From Nitrospirota bacterium (lineage in GTDB: Bacteria > Nitrospirota > JACRHJ01): a stretch of 64,000 bases of DNA. The translations under genes and the position numbers were made by a program. Below are positions 9,219-21,006 of this stretch, piece by piece. The number at the start of each line of letters is the position of its first letter. Positions within the stretch are counted from its first letter, which is position 1. Under the pieces are notes generated by a model. That model worked only from the letters and a program-made list of their open reading frames with translations, was not told where the DNA came from and searched no databases. The stretch spans positions 15,734 through 79,733 of the forward strand of contig CAVTDB010000020.1 of assembly GCA_963733375.1 (NCBI GenBank), read 5' to 3'.

Positions 9219-10508
9219 TTATTTCTGTTTTCCCACCTTCAGCCGGAGTCCCACCACCTCCAGCACCCTGACCTTTTCGTCAACCGCCACCGGCTCGTCC
9301 GATGACGCGCGCCAGTGCGCGCCATCGAGGAAGACGTCTCCCTCCCCGCCGGCCGGTATCTCCGTCCGCGCCGTCCCGACCATCCCGACCAGCTTATCCT
9401 TCCCGGTGGTATGTCCGTACCGGCGGGATTTAAGCCCCGCCCGGACCAGGATAAAAAAGAAGCCGGAGAGGATAAGCACCGACGGCGCGAGCACCTTCAG
9501 CGATATCCGCATGTACGGGAGCGGCGAATCGATGAGCATCAGCGAGCCGAGCACGAGGGATATTACGCCGCCTATGGTGAGCATCCCGTAGCTGGGTATT
9601 TTTATCTCCGCGACGAACATGATGATAGCCAGCGCTATAAGCAGCACGCCGGCATAATTTACGGGGAGCGTCTGGAACGCATAGAAAGCGAGCACCAACG
9701 AGATGCCGCCTATGATGCCCGGCAGGATAAGCCCCGGGTTGGACAGCTCGAAGAAAAGACCTATAATCCCGGCGAGCATCAGGACGTAGGCGATGTTCGG
9801 GTCTGTTATCACCGCGAGTATTTTCAGCCTGCTGCCGGGTTCGATGTTCTCCACCAGCGCGTCCTTCGTATGCAGGACCACCAGGCCGCTGGCCGTCCTT
9901 ACTTGCCGCCCGTCCAGCTTGTTAAGGAGGTCCGGCACGCCGTCCGCGACCAGGTCCGCGACATGCTTCTTTACCGCGTCCTCATCCGAGATGGATACGC
10001 TTTCGCGTACGGCCTGCTCCGCCCAGTCCGCGTTCCTCCCGTAGCGGTCCGCAAGGCTGCGGATATATGCCGCCGAGTCGTTCTCCACTTTCGCCGCCAT
10101 CTCCTTGGAGAGGCTTCCTCCGCCCATCAGCACCGGGTGGGCCGCCCCGATATTGGTCCCCGGCGCCATCGCGGCCACGGGCGAGGCGAGGAAGATAAAT
10201 ACGCCAGCCGACGCCGCGCGCGCGCCGGACGGCCCTACATAGGTAATTACGGGAATCGGAGATGCGAGTATGGTCTTGACGATCTTCCTCATCGAGGCGT
10301 CCAGGCCGCCTGGCGTATCGAGCATGATCACCAGCGCCTCCGCATGGCTGGCGGAAGCGTCCCGGACGGCCTTCTCCACGAACTCCGCCGTTACCGGGTT
10401 TATCACCCCGTCCACTTCCGCCACCTTGACCAGCGGCCTCGGCCCAGAGGCGGAAGCCGCCGCGCAGAAGGTTATCAGAAATAAAATAGCTATGGTTAAT
10501 TTTTTCAC
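9219..10508 (-). CDS. nfeD: NfeD-family membrane-bound ClpP-class serine protease
   Basis: 'LDTPGG', 'RAASAG', '[10 protein letters not shown]', TM block, C-terminal OB domain; canonical partner of stomatin. Confidence 0.92.
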   Translation of the reverse strand: MKKLTIAILFLITFCAAASASGPRPLVKVAEVDGVINPVTAEFVEKAVRDASASHAEALVIMLDTPGGLDASMRKIVKTILASPIPVITYVGPSGARAASAGVFIFLASPVAAMAPGTNIGAAHPVLMGGGSLSKEMAAKVENDSAAYIRSLADRYGRNADWAEQAVRESVSISDEDAVKKHVADLVADGVPDLLNKLDGRQVRTASGLVVLHTKDALVENIEPGSRLKILAVITDPNIAYVLMLAGIIGLFFELSNPGLILPGIIGGISLVLAFYAFQTLPVNYAGVLLIALAIIMFVAEIKIPSYGMLTIGGVISLVLGSLMLIDSPLPYMRISLKVLAPSVLILSGFFFILVRAGLKSRRYGHTTGKDKLVGMVGTARTEIPAGGEGDVFLDGAHWRASSDEPVAVDEKVRVLEVVGLRLKVGKQK

Positions 10509-11205
10509 GGGTTTATTATTATGTTGGCTTTCGTTTTTAAATCCCGCAGGTACTCGTCAAGCTTCTTGTCCGTCCTTTGCTCCGTGATGAGCCGCTTTAT
10601 CTCGGGCTCCGCCTCTGCAAAATCCCTGGCTCCGAAATCCTTTTTATGCTCCTCGTAATAGTTTTTCTCCTCGTCCGGCGTCACCAGGATAAAAGCCCTT
10701 ATCCTCCTGTCCACGTATTTTATCACAAGTATCTGGTCGCGCAGATTATCTTTCAGCTCGTCCTGGGTAATTTCTTCCCTTTGCAGCGACTCTTCAAAGG
10801 ATTTTTCATCGGGATACCTGCTTTTCACCTTCATGAAGGCCTGCTCGACTTCCTCCGGCGTGACCTGCGCGAGGTTGAACTTGTGGGCTTCGTCGATAAG
10901 GAGCGCCCGGTTAATCAGGGAGTCCAGCGCGGCCTTCCGGAGCGCGCTTTCGTCTTTCCCGGCTCCAGAGGCTTCCGTCTTCTCCACCTGGACCGCCCGG
11001 TCCACATCGCTCATCGTTATCACGTGGTCGTTCACCACGGCGTCAACCTTGTCCAGGACATAGGCCGAACACACGCCCTCACCCACCGGCAGGAGCCGGC
11101 CCCCCCTCCCCACGGGTGGGGAGGGTAATAAGGAAGAGGCCACTTTAGGGCGAGCGGTGAAAAAGATGCCACGGAAAGGATTATGAGGAATAGAAGTTTC
11201 TTCAT
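10505..11205 (-). CDS. SurA N-terminal domain periplasmic chaperone (frameshift near 5' end)
   Basis: 'LDKVDAVVNDHVITMSDV', 'LDSLINRALL', 'YLRDLKTKANI'. Signal-peptide-like start MKKLLFLIIL at ATG 11205 overlaps the upstream stop. Confidence 0.75.
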
Positions 11206-14005
11206 CAGAAAGCTTCTCCCAGGGTGAAGTGCAGTTCGCCTATCGATTCGCCCGGACGCCTGTTGACCTTAAACCCGTAGTCCAGCCGGAGCGGCCCGAC
11301 AGGCGTCTGATACCTTATTCCGAGGCCAGCGCCGTAACGGAGGCCTTTCGTGCTGGAACTCGTGACGTTCAGCGTCTGGACGGGGCCGGCGCCGGTGGGC
11401 TTGACGTTCTTGTTCAAAAGCCATGCGTTGCCTGCGTCAAGGAACGTCACCAGGCCGAAATTATACGGCAACGGGAAACGAAGTTCCGCATTGAAGATTG
11501 CCATAGTGTCGCCGCCGACGGGGTGTTTTAGCTTGTTCAGGGGCGCGACGCTCTCGTAGCTATACCCGCGCAGGCTGCTTGCGCCGCCGATGAAGAACCT
11601 CTCGGAGATGGGTATATCCATTACTGGCGCAAGAGAGCTTGCTATACCGCCGCGAGCTGAAAAGCCGGCGATTATGCCCTTGTAAACTGGGAAATACCAG
11701 CTAGTCTGGGCGGTGGCCTTAAGCATGTTCGTGGTAGAGCCGAAGTATGTGCTGGCGTATTTGAGGATCACGGCGTGTAAAGAGCCTGTCGTCGGATTGA
11801 AGGGGTTGTCCCTGTAGTCGAAAATGACGGACGGGATGACGCTTGCGAGGCTGGACTTGTTCAAGTCCTCCGGGTTAAGCGCGACCCCTGGCGCGATAGT
11901 TGCTGAATTTTACCCGTTCGTACTGGTAATTCAAGGAGGAGGTGATATGGTCTCCGAAGGTCTTGTAAAAGCCGGTAACACCGATATAGTCGAGGATGTG
12001 GTAATTCGGCTTGTCCGCATTCAGATAAACAAGGCTGGTCTGGTAGTTGAGGTGAAAGCCCATAAACCACGGCCACTTGTATGTGGCGACGGCCTTGGTC
12101 TGTTTAAAACTCTCATCGCCCCGGAGCGATATCGAATGGCCCAGACCAAACAGGTCTACATAACCGATTTGCGCGAAGCCCCTGAGCCTGTCCCAGTCCC
12201 CGTACCCGCCGCCGAACTCCACCCTGCCCGCGTCCCGCTCCCGGACGCTCACCAGCAGGTCTTTGGACGACTCCACCTTCTCCGGGTCCACCGGCTTAAT
12301 CCGGACCTGGCTGAAGAATCCCAGCTGGTATATCTTCTGCTGGCTCCGCAGTATCTTCTCGTAATCGAAAGGCTCCCCCGTTTTGAAAAGCAGCTCCCGG
12401 AGGACGACCTTGTCCTTCGCCGCCTCGTTCCCGCTCAGGATTATCTTCCCGATTTTTACGGGCTCCCCCTGTTTTATCGCATACGACAGGTTAACTCCCC
12501 GGCCCTCGTCCACGAACTCCTGCTTGGTATCCATCGTCGCGCCGATGTAGCCGGCCTCCGAGAACTGATTAAGGATATTGTTCTGGTCGGCTTTTACCTG
12601 CTGGGGGTTGAAAGGCTCGCCCACCTTCTGCTTTATGGCCGCCTCCACCTTTTTTCCTGGCACGCCGTCGCCGTCTATTATCTCACGGGACAAAACGTAA
12701 GTCCTGGGGCCTTCGGTAATAGCGAACGTGACGTCGGCCTTGGTGTCTTTGTCCGTGAATTTAATCGGCGCAGGGCTGTACCTGCGCCTTCAGGAACCCT
12801 TCCGATTCGTACAGGTTCCGTATCCGCTCCGCGTCCTGTTTTACGGCGTCGTCCGTTACCCGATATTTAAAAAATATGCCGGACTCGCGAAGCTCCATCG
12901 CTTTCTTTATGCGGTCGGATTTAAGGGTCTCGTTGCCGGTAAGGATAATATGCTCCAGCTTTGTCCGCGGCCCTTCTTTTATGACGAAGGTTACTGTCAC
13001 GGACGGCGGGGCGGCGGCTTCCTCCATCCTCGACGTGACCTTGACGAAATAGAAGCCTTCCTTTTTGTAGTAGTCCTGGAGCTTGTCGAGGTTTTCCGAG
13101 ACGCTGTCTTCGCTTACGTCCCTGTCGTCCCAGAAGGTAAGGACCTTCTTCAGCTTCTTCTTCGAGAGCTTGATCGTTCCCTTCGAAATCCACCGCCAGC
13201 TTCGGCCCCGCTTTTACCTTGAAATCCACCTCCGCCTTATCGCCGGAAACGGTTACCTTGGGCGCCACCTCCGCCTTCACGTAATCCTCCTTCACGTAAT
13301 AGTCGGAGAGTGCGGTGACTGCATTTTCAAGGTCGTCTTTCCGGAGCCTCTTCCCCTTTTTTATATTGTCCTTCTTCGCCTTTTTAAGGAGGTCTTCCTC
13401 CGGCAGGCCAGGCTCTCCGACGATGCGCACCTCGCTTATTATCGTAGGCGGCCCTTCCTGGATATGCACCACAAGCTCCGCCGTCAGCGGGCTTAGCTCT
13501 TTCGGCTCAAGGCTGACCTGTGCATGGGGAAACCCTTCGTCATGGTAAAACTTCAGCACCGCCTCCGTGGAAGCCTTAACCTGGCGGGACTCTATGAAAT
13601 CGCCCTCCTTCAAGGTCATCCTGGGGGCAATCTTTTTCTTTGAGAGCAGGTCGTTCCCCTCAAACCTGATTTTCGATATCCGTAATTTCGGGATGAGACG
13701 GAACGTGATTATCGTCCCTTCGGGAGTGTCCCTGCCTTCGGCGATGATGTTCTTGAAAAGCCCTTTCAGGTACAGGAGTTTTATCGAATCGCGCACCAGC
13801 CGCAAAGAGAGCGGGCCTCCCTGCCCTTACCTCCACCAGCTGGTCTATGCCCGTGGGCAGTTTTCCGGGATAATCGAATAATACCGCCGCGACCTTCCCC
13901 CTTTGCGGCGCGGCCTCCCGGGCCGGGGCGGCCTCGGCCGGCGGCATGTCCCGAAAGGGCGATGAGGACGAGGAAGCAGAGGATGGGCCGGAGAATTTTT
14001 CTCAT
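11205..14005 (-). CDS. Omp85-family outer membrane assembly factor (BamA/TamA-like), several frameshifts
   Basis: POTRA repeats across the fragments; barrel motifs 'ERFFIGGASSLRGY', 'GLGIRYQTPVGPLRLDYG' and a terminal Phe. Confidence 0.88.
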
Positions 14006-17000
14006 TTGAATTCGAACCGGTACTGAAGGTCTCCGCCGTAATGACCGAGTTCGTCCCTCTCGCCCACGAGGGACACGTTCTTGTTGAATATATATTCCAG
14101 CTTCACGTACTGGTCTTCGGATGTCCCGACGTTGGAGGAATATGTCAGGTAAAGTTTCTCGGAGAAAAGGCTCTTCCCCACGGTGAGCCTCGGCCCGCTG
14201 GACACCCCCGTGCTCGTCAGGTATGGGTCTATCTGGAACCGGTCGAACCCCGTGATCGTCTTCACACGGCTCTCCACGGCGTCCTGTATCTGCCCCGTCA
14301 CGAAACCCGCGGCCTCGCCGGTGGTTATAGCCGCCTCATGCCCTTTCAGCCCTTCGGAAGTCCTGCCTACGGTCAACAGCGTGACGACGTCCGACTCCTC
14401 GAGCGGCGGGTCGGAAGTCAGGTTCACTTTTACCCTGTCGAGCGTTCCCGTCAGCACCAGCGTTATAGTGTAATCCTGGACCTTCGTATCGGCCTGCAGG
14501 TCTATCAGCGGGTTGAACTTCTTCGGGTCCGCGAACTCCATCACCGCGTTCTGCAGTTTAAAGTCGTTGTTCCTGAAATATATCGAGCCGCTGCTGGCTT
14601 CCAGCCGCCCGATGAGTACCGGCTGGCTCGCGGTCCCGCGCACGTACACGTCCGCGGAGACCGGGACCTTCGCAAGGTTGTTGTCTATCTTTATGGTTTC
14701 CGCCGCCGTAACATGGAGGTCCAGGGAAATGTCCTTGAGACCCCCCTGCTTCTGCGGGGCCGGCAGGTTCCTCTTATTCTGTATCTGCACAAGCCAGCTC
14801 TTCCAGTCTATCCTCTGGGCATATCTCGCCTTGCGGACCGACACGTCGCCGCTGGCGTTCATCCTGCCCCCGACGCCCTCGAACCTTATGGACGCGTCCA
14901 CCGTCGGGGTCAAACCTTCGATGGTATTCACCCTTATCCCGTCGGCCGCTATGTCAAACCCGAAGCTGTCGAACTGCCAGTCCTTGAAATTCCCGCTGCC
15001 TGTAGCCGACAACTTCCCGCCGCCGAACTCCGCATTGAACTTCGTAATACGGAAGCTGGCGCCTTCAACATGCGCCTCGGCGTTCACCTTGTCGAACCTC
15101 TGCGGGAAGTCCTTTACCTTGAGCCCCGCGTCCGTGACCCGGACCGTCCCGGTGATCGCCGGGTTCATCAGGTCGCCTTTCACCCGGAGGTCCGCCTGGC
15201 CCTGCCCGCTTATATAATCCACGTCTCCTTTTAAAAAGGGCTTCAGCACGTCCAGTTCCGCCTTCGCCTTCACCACGGCGTCCACCTTGTCGATACCCGA
15301 GGCAACGCCGGAAGCCTCCAATGTAAGCTCATCCCCGCGGAGCCTGAACGATTTAAGGTCGAGCTTCCCGTCCCGGTAGCTTATGCGGATGTCGCCGTCG
15401 TTCGTGAGCTTCCTGCCCATGATAAGCGCATTGACCTTCTTGAAATCCACATCCACGGAAGTGGCGGAAGGGTTTGAAAGTTCGCCGTTACCGGTGAAGA
15501 CGCCTGTCGAGACGAGGGTGACATCTTCGGGCAGGCCCTTGTACGCCAGGCGAAGGAACGGCTCCAGCCTGCCGCCGCTAAAGACCATGCTTCCCGTCCA
15601 TTTATATGGCCTTGACATCCCGAGCGATCCCGCTATGCTCACCTTCTTGTCCAGCACCGTGCCGTCAAGCTTTAAATTACCGTCCCACAAGTGCGCATCC
15701 ACCTTGCCCGCGCCCAGGTCCACGTCCTGGAAACTCAGTTTGAACGTGCTCATGGTCGCTTTGATCAGGGGCTTGTCGAACGTTCCCTGCCCGGTGACGG
15801 AGAACGAGACGCTGCCCTTTATGGGCGCTTTCGTATCCGCCAGCAGCTTTAAGTTCCCCAGGTTGAACTTTGCCGAGGAGGCCTTGCCGTGGAAGGTGTT
15901 GTCAAACCCGATCGCGCCGGAGCCCGTAACAACGTCGTTGCCCCGCACGGCGACCACTTTCGGGAAACGTATTTCGTTTTCCGAAAGCACGGCCGTCACC
16001 TCGCCCTCGTCCAGCGGCTGGCCGTAAACGTCGCCCGCGCCGGTGACAAGCTTCGCGTCTCCCTTGAACTTCTTCACGGTCCCGGAGAAGTGCAGGTCGC
16101 CTTCGGCGCTCATGTTTATGGGTATGTCTTCATAGAATATTGCGACGATGCCCCTTACGTCAACCTTGCGGACGGAGAGGCTTGCCTTGAAATAGGGATT
16201 ATCGAAAGTCCCGCCTTCTCCCTTGAAAAATATCGTGCCGTCAAGGACGAAGTTGCCGCTTTTGTGGTGCACCATGAAATCGCTGAAGGAGAGCTGCCAG
16301 CCGGAAAGCTTCACGTCCCCGTTTGCCACGGGGAACGATATGCCGTGTGCAACCGCGTCCGTTATTTTCGCCTTGCCGGTTATCGTCGGCTCAAGGATAT
16401 TGCCCCGCATATAGGCGTCAAAGTCGAGCTTGCCGTGCACGTCGGAATATCCTATCATCGTCGATATGTCGGTTATGTCCTCCGAGCGGCCTTTTATCGC
16501 CATGTCGGAGGTCCCGTCGAATCCCACGACGCCCGCGAAAGATACGGTGGAATTTTTCGAGTAGACGAAACCCCGGTCAACCTGGATGAGCCCGCCGCCT
16601 ATGCGGAAATCCACTTTGGCCTGCCTGACGGAACTCAGTTCCGCGCTCACCCCTCTTTCGTCATGCGGCTTTTCGTATTTGACGGCTGAAACCGTGCCGG
16701 AAGCGGTTATGTCGGAGCTTTTAAAACCGGCGCCGGATATGCTGACGTCCCCGTCCAGGGTGTACCAGGGGATGAACTTGAGTTTCGGGTTGGAAGCGGT
16801 ATAGCTGCCGCTTGACAGGCCGCTTAAGTTCCACCGCGAGGTAAACGACGGCTTCGCGCCCGAAAAATCCACCAGGACGTCCCCCTTCGACTTTCCCGCC
16901 GAAAAGCCTGCTTTCAAGGCCCGATATCGAGAGCTTCCCCTTGTCGAGGATTACCTTGGAATAAAGGTCGTCTATCCTTACCCCCTGGTACGCGCCTTTC

Positions 17001-17887
17001 TTCAAGGAAAATTCGCCTTTCCCGGCCAGGGATGGATATTTTCCGTTCAGGCGGCCTGAAAGTTTAACCAGGCCGGAAGGCGGAGTTTTCATCAGTCCAA
17101 GCCTGCCCATCAGCGCGAGGTCGGCCAGGGACGAGAATTTTATATCAAGCTCCGGCGCTCTCGCGGCCGTTACATGGCCGGAGAGTTCGAGCTTGGCCCC
17201 TTCCGCCTTCAGCCTTACGCCCTGGAGGTTAATACGGCCCCCGGCGTATTCGGCGTCTCCTTCCAGGCTGGCATGGACATTCGGACGGCCTTCCACCCTG
17301 GCGGCGATGTTATTGAATTTAAAACCGGTCCAGTAGCGCTCCCCGTTCATCCTGAAGTCCACGCCCGCGTCCCCGACTGAAAGGAATATTTTGTTCGCCG
17401 CGTCGGAGTACGAGCCGCGCGCGCCGAACAGGACGATTTCGCGGACCTCTACTTTATACGCCCCGGGCTTCGGCTTCTTTTTTATAAGCTCGTTAATCTT
17501 GTCCCGGAGCGGGTCGATGTCAAGGTGTCCGTCCGGCAGGCGGGCAACGTCCAGAGATATCCCGTATACCTGCATCCGGCGGATGTATATCCGTTTGTTC
17601 AGAAGCGCGCTGAGGCCGACGTACGCACGGATTTTTTCCGCGCCGACGGACCTGCCCGGATTTTTCGGATCCCACCCTTTAACGTACGGCCTTTTCAAAT
17701 CTATATAAGCCGGGAAGAAATTAAAGACAAGCCTGTCCATCCCGACATCGAGGCCCAGTTCCCGCTTTGCCTGGTCCAGGACATACGACCTGATTTTTCC
17801 CGAAAAATATTCCCCCCTCGTAAAGAGGTTCATGCCCCCTACGAGCAGGGCGATGGCAAGCAATATGAATACAGCTCTTTTTTTCAA
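14002..17887 (-). CDS. tamB: Translocation/assembly module TamB (AsmA-like), one frameshift near 16900
   Basis: N-terminal anchor, long beta-taco repeats, C-terminal DUF490-type motifs 'LTSDPPL', 'LTVGKSL', 'GGDLQYRFEF'; adjacent to the Omp85 gene. Confidence 0.85.
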
Positions 17888-17916
17888 ACTTGCAACTCGC
17901 GTTACCCGTGTATTTA

Positions 17917-20533
17917 TCAGCTTACCGCCTTCCGCAAAGCGTCTTTCAAAGCGGCTATGCGGTCGGTATCTTCCAGCTTATGCCTGAAAATGTCGGTGAC
18001 ATAGAATACGTCCACTATCTGGTCCACCTCGGTGTCCACTTTCGCGGACGATATCTGGCAGCCCTGGTTATACAGCTCCTTGGTAATATCGTAAAGGAGC
18101 CCCACCCTGTCCGGGGCGAAGACCTCGACGACCGTGAACTTGTCCGAGGCCTCGTTGTCCACCTCCACACGCACCGGCACGTCCTTCAGCGCCGTCCTTT
18201 TGGGATACGCGTGGGAGCGGGGCATCAGGTCTTCCACCCTCGCCTGGCCGCGGAGCAGGCTGATAAGACCTCGTTTCACGTCTTCCCATACCTGTTCGTC
18301 TTCCGCCGGTTTTTTATTGTAGTCCGTGACCTGAAGCGTATCGATTATTATGCCGTTTTTGCCCGTGAATATCTGGGCGGAAAGTATATTCAGACCCTTC
18401 GCGGCCAGGCCCCCGGCCGTCAGGTAAAGGAGCCCCATCATATCGTGCAGGATAACGGTCAGCTCCGTGTAGCCCCGATCGTACGTGCCGGTGGTCCAGG
18501 ACGATGTCGCCGCCCCTTATGCCCCTGGAGAGACTGAAATGAATCAAGGCCGTCTCGACGGGGACGGAAAGGACGTAGTTCGGCGGCAGGTTGTCCAGGA
18601 ACTTCAATACTTCTTCCTTCTTCCCGGCGCCCTTCGACACGGCCTCGGCGGCGATATTCGCCCGAAGCTTCGCCAGCCGGTCTTTCTCGAATGCGAGCGA
18701 CGAGACTTCATCCTTCAAGAAGGCCATCGCGCTGCCGTGCAGCTCCTTCAAGAGCATCATCTTCCAGTCGTTGAACATCTCCGGGCCTACCGCGGATATG
18801 TCCGCGTAAGTCAGGATGTAGAGCATGTCCAGAAGCTCCGGAGAGTCCACTATCCGGCAGAACTTTTCCACCACCTTGCGGTCGGACAGCTCTCTTCTTT
18901 TAGAGATGTGGTCCATCAGCAGATGGTTTCTGATAAGGAACTCCACCTTATCCGCCCGTTCCTTCTCCATCCCCATCCGGATTGCCGCCTTATAAGCCAG
19001 CTTCGCGCCGGTCTCGGAATGCCCTTTGCCTTTGGCCTTTCCGCAGTCGTGCAAAAGGGCCGCGAGCATCAGCGCCTGCTTGTCTTTAACGCGCCTGAAC
19101 GCCTCGGAGAATTCCGGGTACGACATGCCCTCGCCGGTCTGCATATCCTGGATTTTTTTGACAGCCAGCAGGGAGTGTTCGTCAACGGTGTACTTGTGAT
19201 AGAGGTCGTGCTGGACGAGCGCGGAAACAGCCCCGAACTCCGGCAGGAACCTCCCCAATACCTTCATGCTGTGCATGTCGCTAAGCGTCTCGTGGAGCCT
19301 GTCCGTCCGCCCCAAAATCTCCAGGAACGTCCGGCCCGCGAGCGCCGAATCCCGCGTCTTCCTCATGATAAGGCCGGGCGCGTCGGCTATGGCGTCTTTT
19401 AAAAGGTCGCTCATCACCGCGCCCTGCGCCTGGCAGTGCGAATAAGCGAGAAGCACCGTCTCGGGCTTTGAATTTATCTCCGCCTTCGGGTCCCCGGAAA
19501 GACAGAGCTGCCTTCCCATCAGGAAGAAATTGTCATCCAGTTTCTTTTTGACGGGCGGAAAAATAAACCACTTCCTCTGCCTTCTCTTCTCCAGCGTCCT
19601 GTCGATTACCTCAAGCGAAATCTCCCGGACGCCCCTGGCCCGAAGATAATATGCCCGCATGAAATTTTCCGCCGCGACGGAAGTTTCACTCTCGCGGTAT
19701 CCGAAGTCACGGGCGGCCTCTTCCTGCATGTCGAAAGTCAGCACGTCCTGCCTGTGGCCCGCCTTGAAATGCAGCTCGTTCCGAAGCCTTAGCAGATAGT
19801 CCCTGCAGCCCCGGAGCCTCCGGTATTCCCTGTCCTTGATTATCCCCTTATCCCGCAGTCCCTCAAGGCTGCCGGTCCCATGCTTCATCCGCGCTATCCA
19901 GAGCGCGGCGTGCACGTCCCGAAGCCCCCCCGCGCCCTCTTTTACATTCGGCTCCCGCAGGTATACGCTGTCGCCGTATTTTTTATGCCTCTTCGTGCGC
20001 TCGACAAGCTTCTCCCGGACGTATTCCTCCGCCTTCTTGTGGTTGATCGCCAGAGCCGTCTTCGCCCTGAAGTTCTCAAAGACCTGGGCCTCCCCGAGGA
20101 TAGGCCGGGCCTCCATGAGGGAGGTCATTATGGTGACGTCCCCCTTCATGAGCGAGGCGCAGTCGTCCACGCTCCTGACGCTGTAGCCGATGTTCAGCCC
20201 CAGGTCCCACAAGAGGTGCAGGGCGCGCGAAGGGATGTCGTCGCCGCCGGACTTCACGCCCAGGAACATGATGTCTATGTCCGAGTGCGGGTTCAGCTCA
20301 CCCCGCCCGTACCCGCCCACCGCGGCCAGCATCCAGCCGGAACTTTCAGGCGCGACGCCGGCTTCGGAGCATACCCTGGCAAAGGCCATCGACAGGAGCC
20401 TGTCCGTGCAGGCGGTTATCTCTTTTACGACCGCAAGGCCGCCCGCCCCCTTGAAATGGGAATCCCTGGCGATGGCTATCCCTTCGGCAAAATCCTTTTT
20501 AGCCGTCTCTATCCAGGAGGAAATTTCCAGCAC
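17917..20533 (-). CDS. glnD: [Protein-PII] uridylyltransferase GlnD (frameshift near 18480)
   Basis: 'AVGGYGRGELNPHSDIDI', 'EPNVKEGAGGLRD', 'HKYTVDEH', HD motif 'LLHDCGK', and C-terminal ACT domains 'DRVGLLYDI' in ORF 17917-18441. Confidence 0.93.
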
Positions 20534-20548
20534 TCCCCGCTCGCCATG

Positions 20549-20996
20549 CTATTTCTTTTCCGCCTCGTCGCACGTAACGCATCCTCAGGTTGTAAAGAAG
20601 AGATTGCAGCATGTGGGATTCATCTTCCGTCAGGTTCCCTTTGGTCTTCTCCTCGAGGAGCGCAATCAGGTCTATCATCTGCTTCGCGCCGTGGAGGTCT
20701 TTTAATCCCTCAGGCTGGTCCGGGGCGACTTTCTCTCCCAGGTACATCAGGGCCGAAGCCCCAAGAGAGCCGACGAAGGAGATAAAGTCCACCGGAGGAA
20801 GCTCGCCTTCCGGATGCGAATGCTCGCCTTCCGGATGCGTATGCGGCCCGCCCTGCTCCGTATGTTTACCACCCTCCCCACCCGCGGGCGAGAAGTCGGG
20901 AGCGGGAGCTTCCTTGGAGGGTTCGCGTACCTGCTCGCCTTCCTGGTTGAATATCCTCTTATCCCTTACCTCGAATTTTTTATCCTCTTCGTCCAT
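20549..20996 (-). CDS. DUF1844-type conserved protein
   Basis: 'FEVRDKR', 'FISFVGSLGASALMYLG', 'AKQMIDLIALLEEKTKGNL..E..L.SLLYNLRMRYV'. The 3' end is probably frameshifted (track ORF ends at 20499). Confidence 0.75.
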
Positions 20997-21006
20997 AGTG
21001 CCTCCT

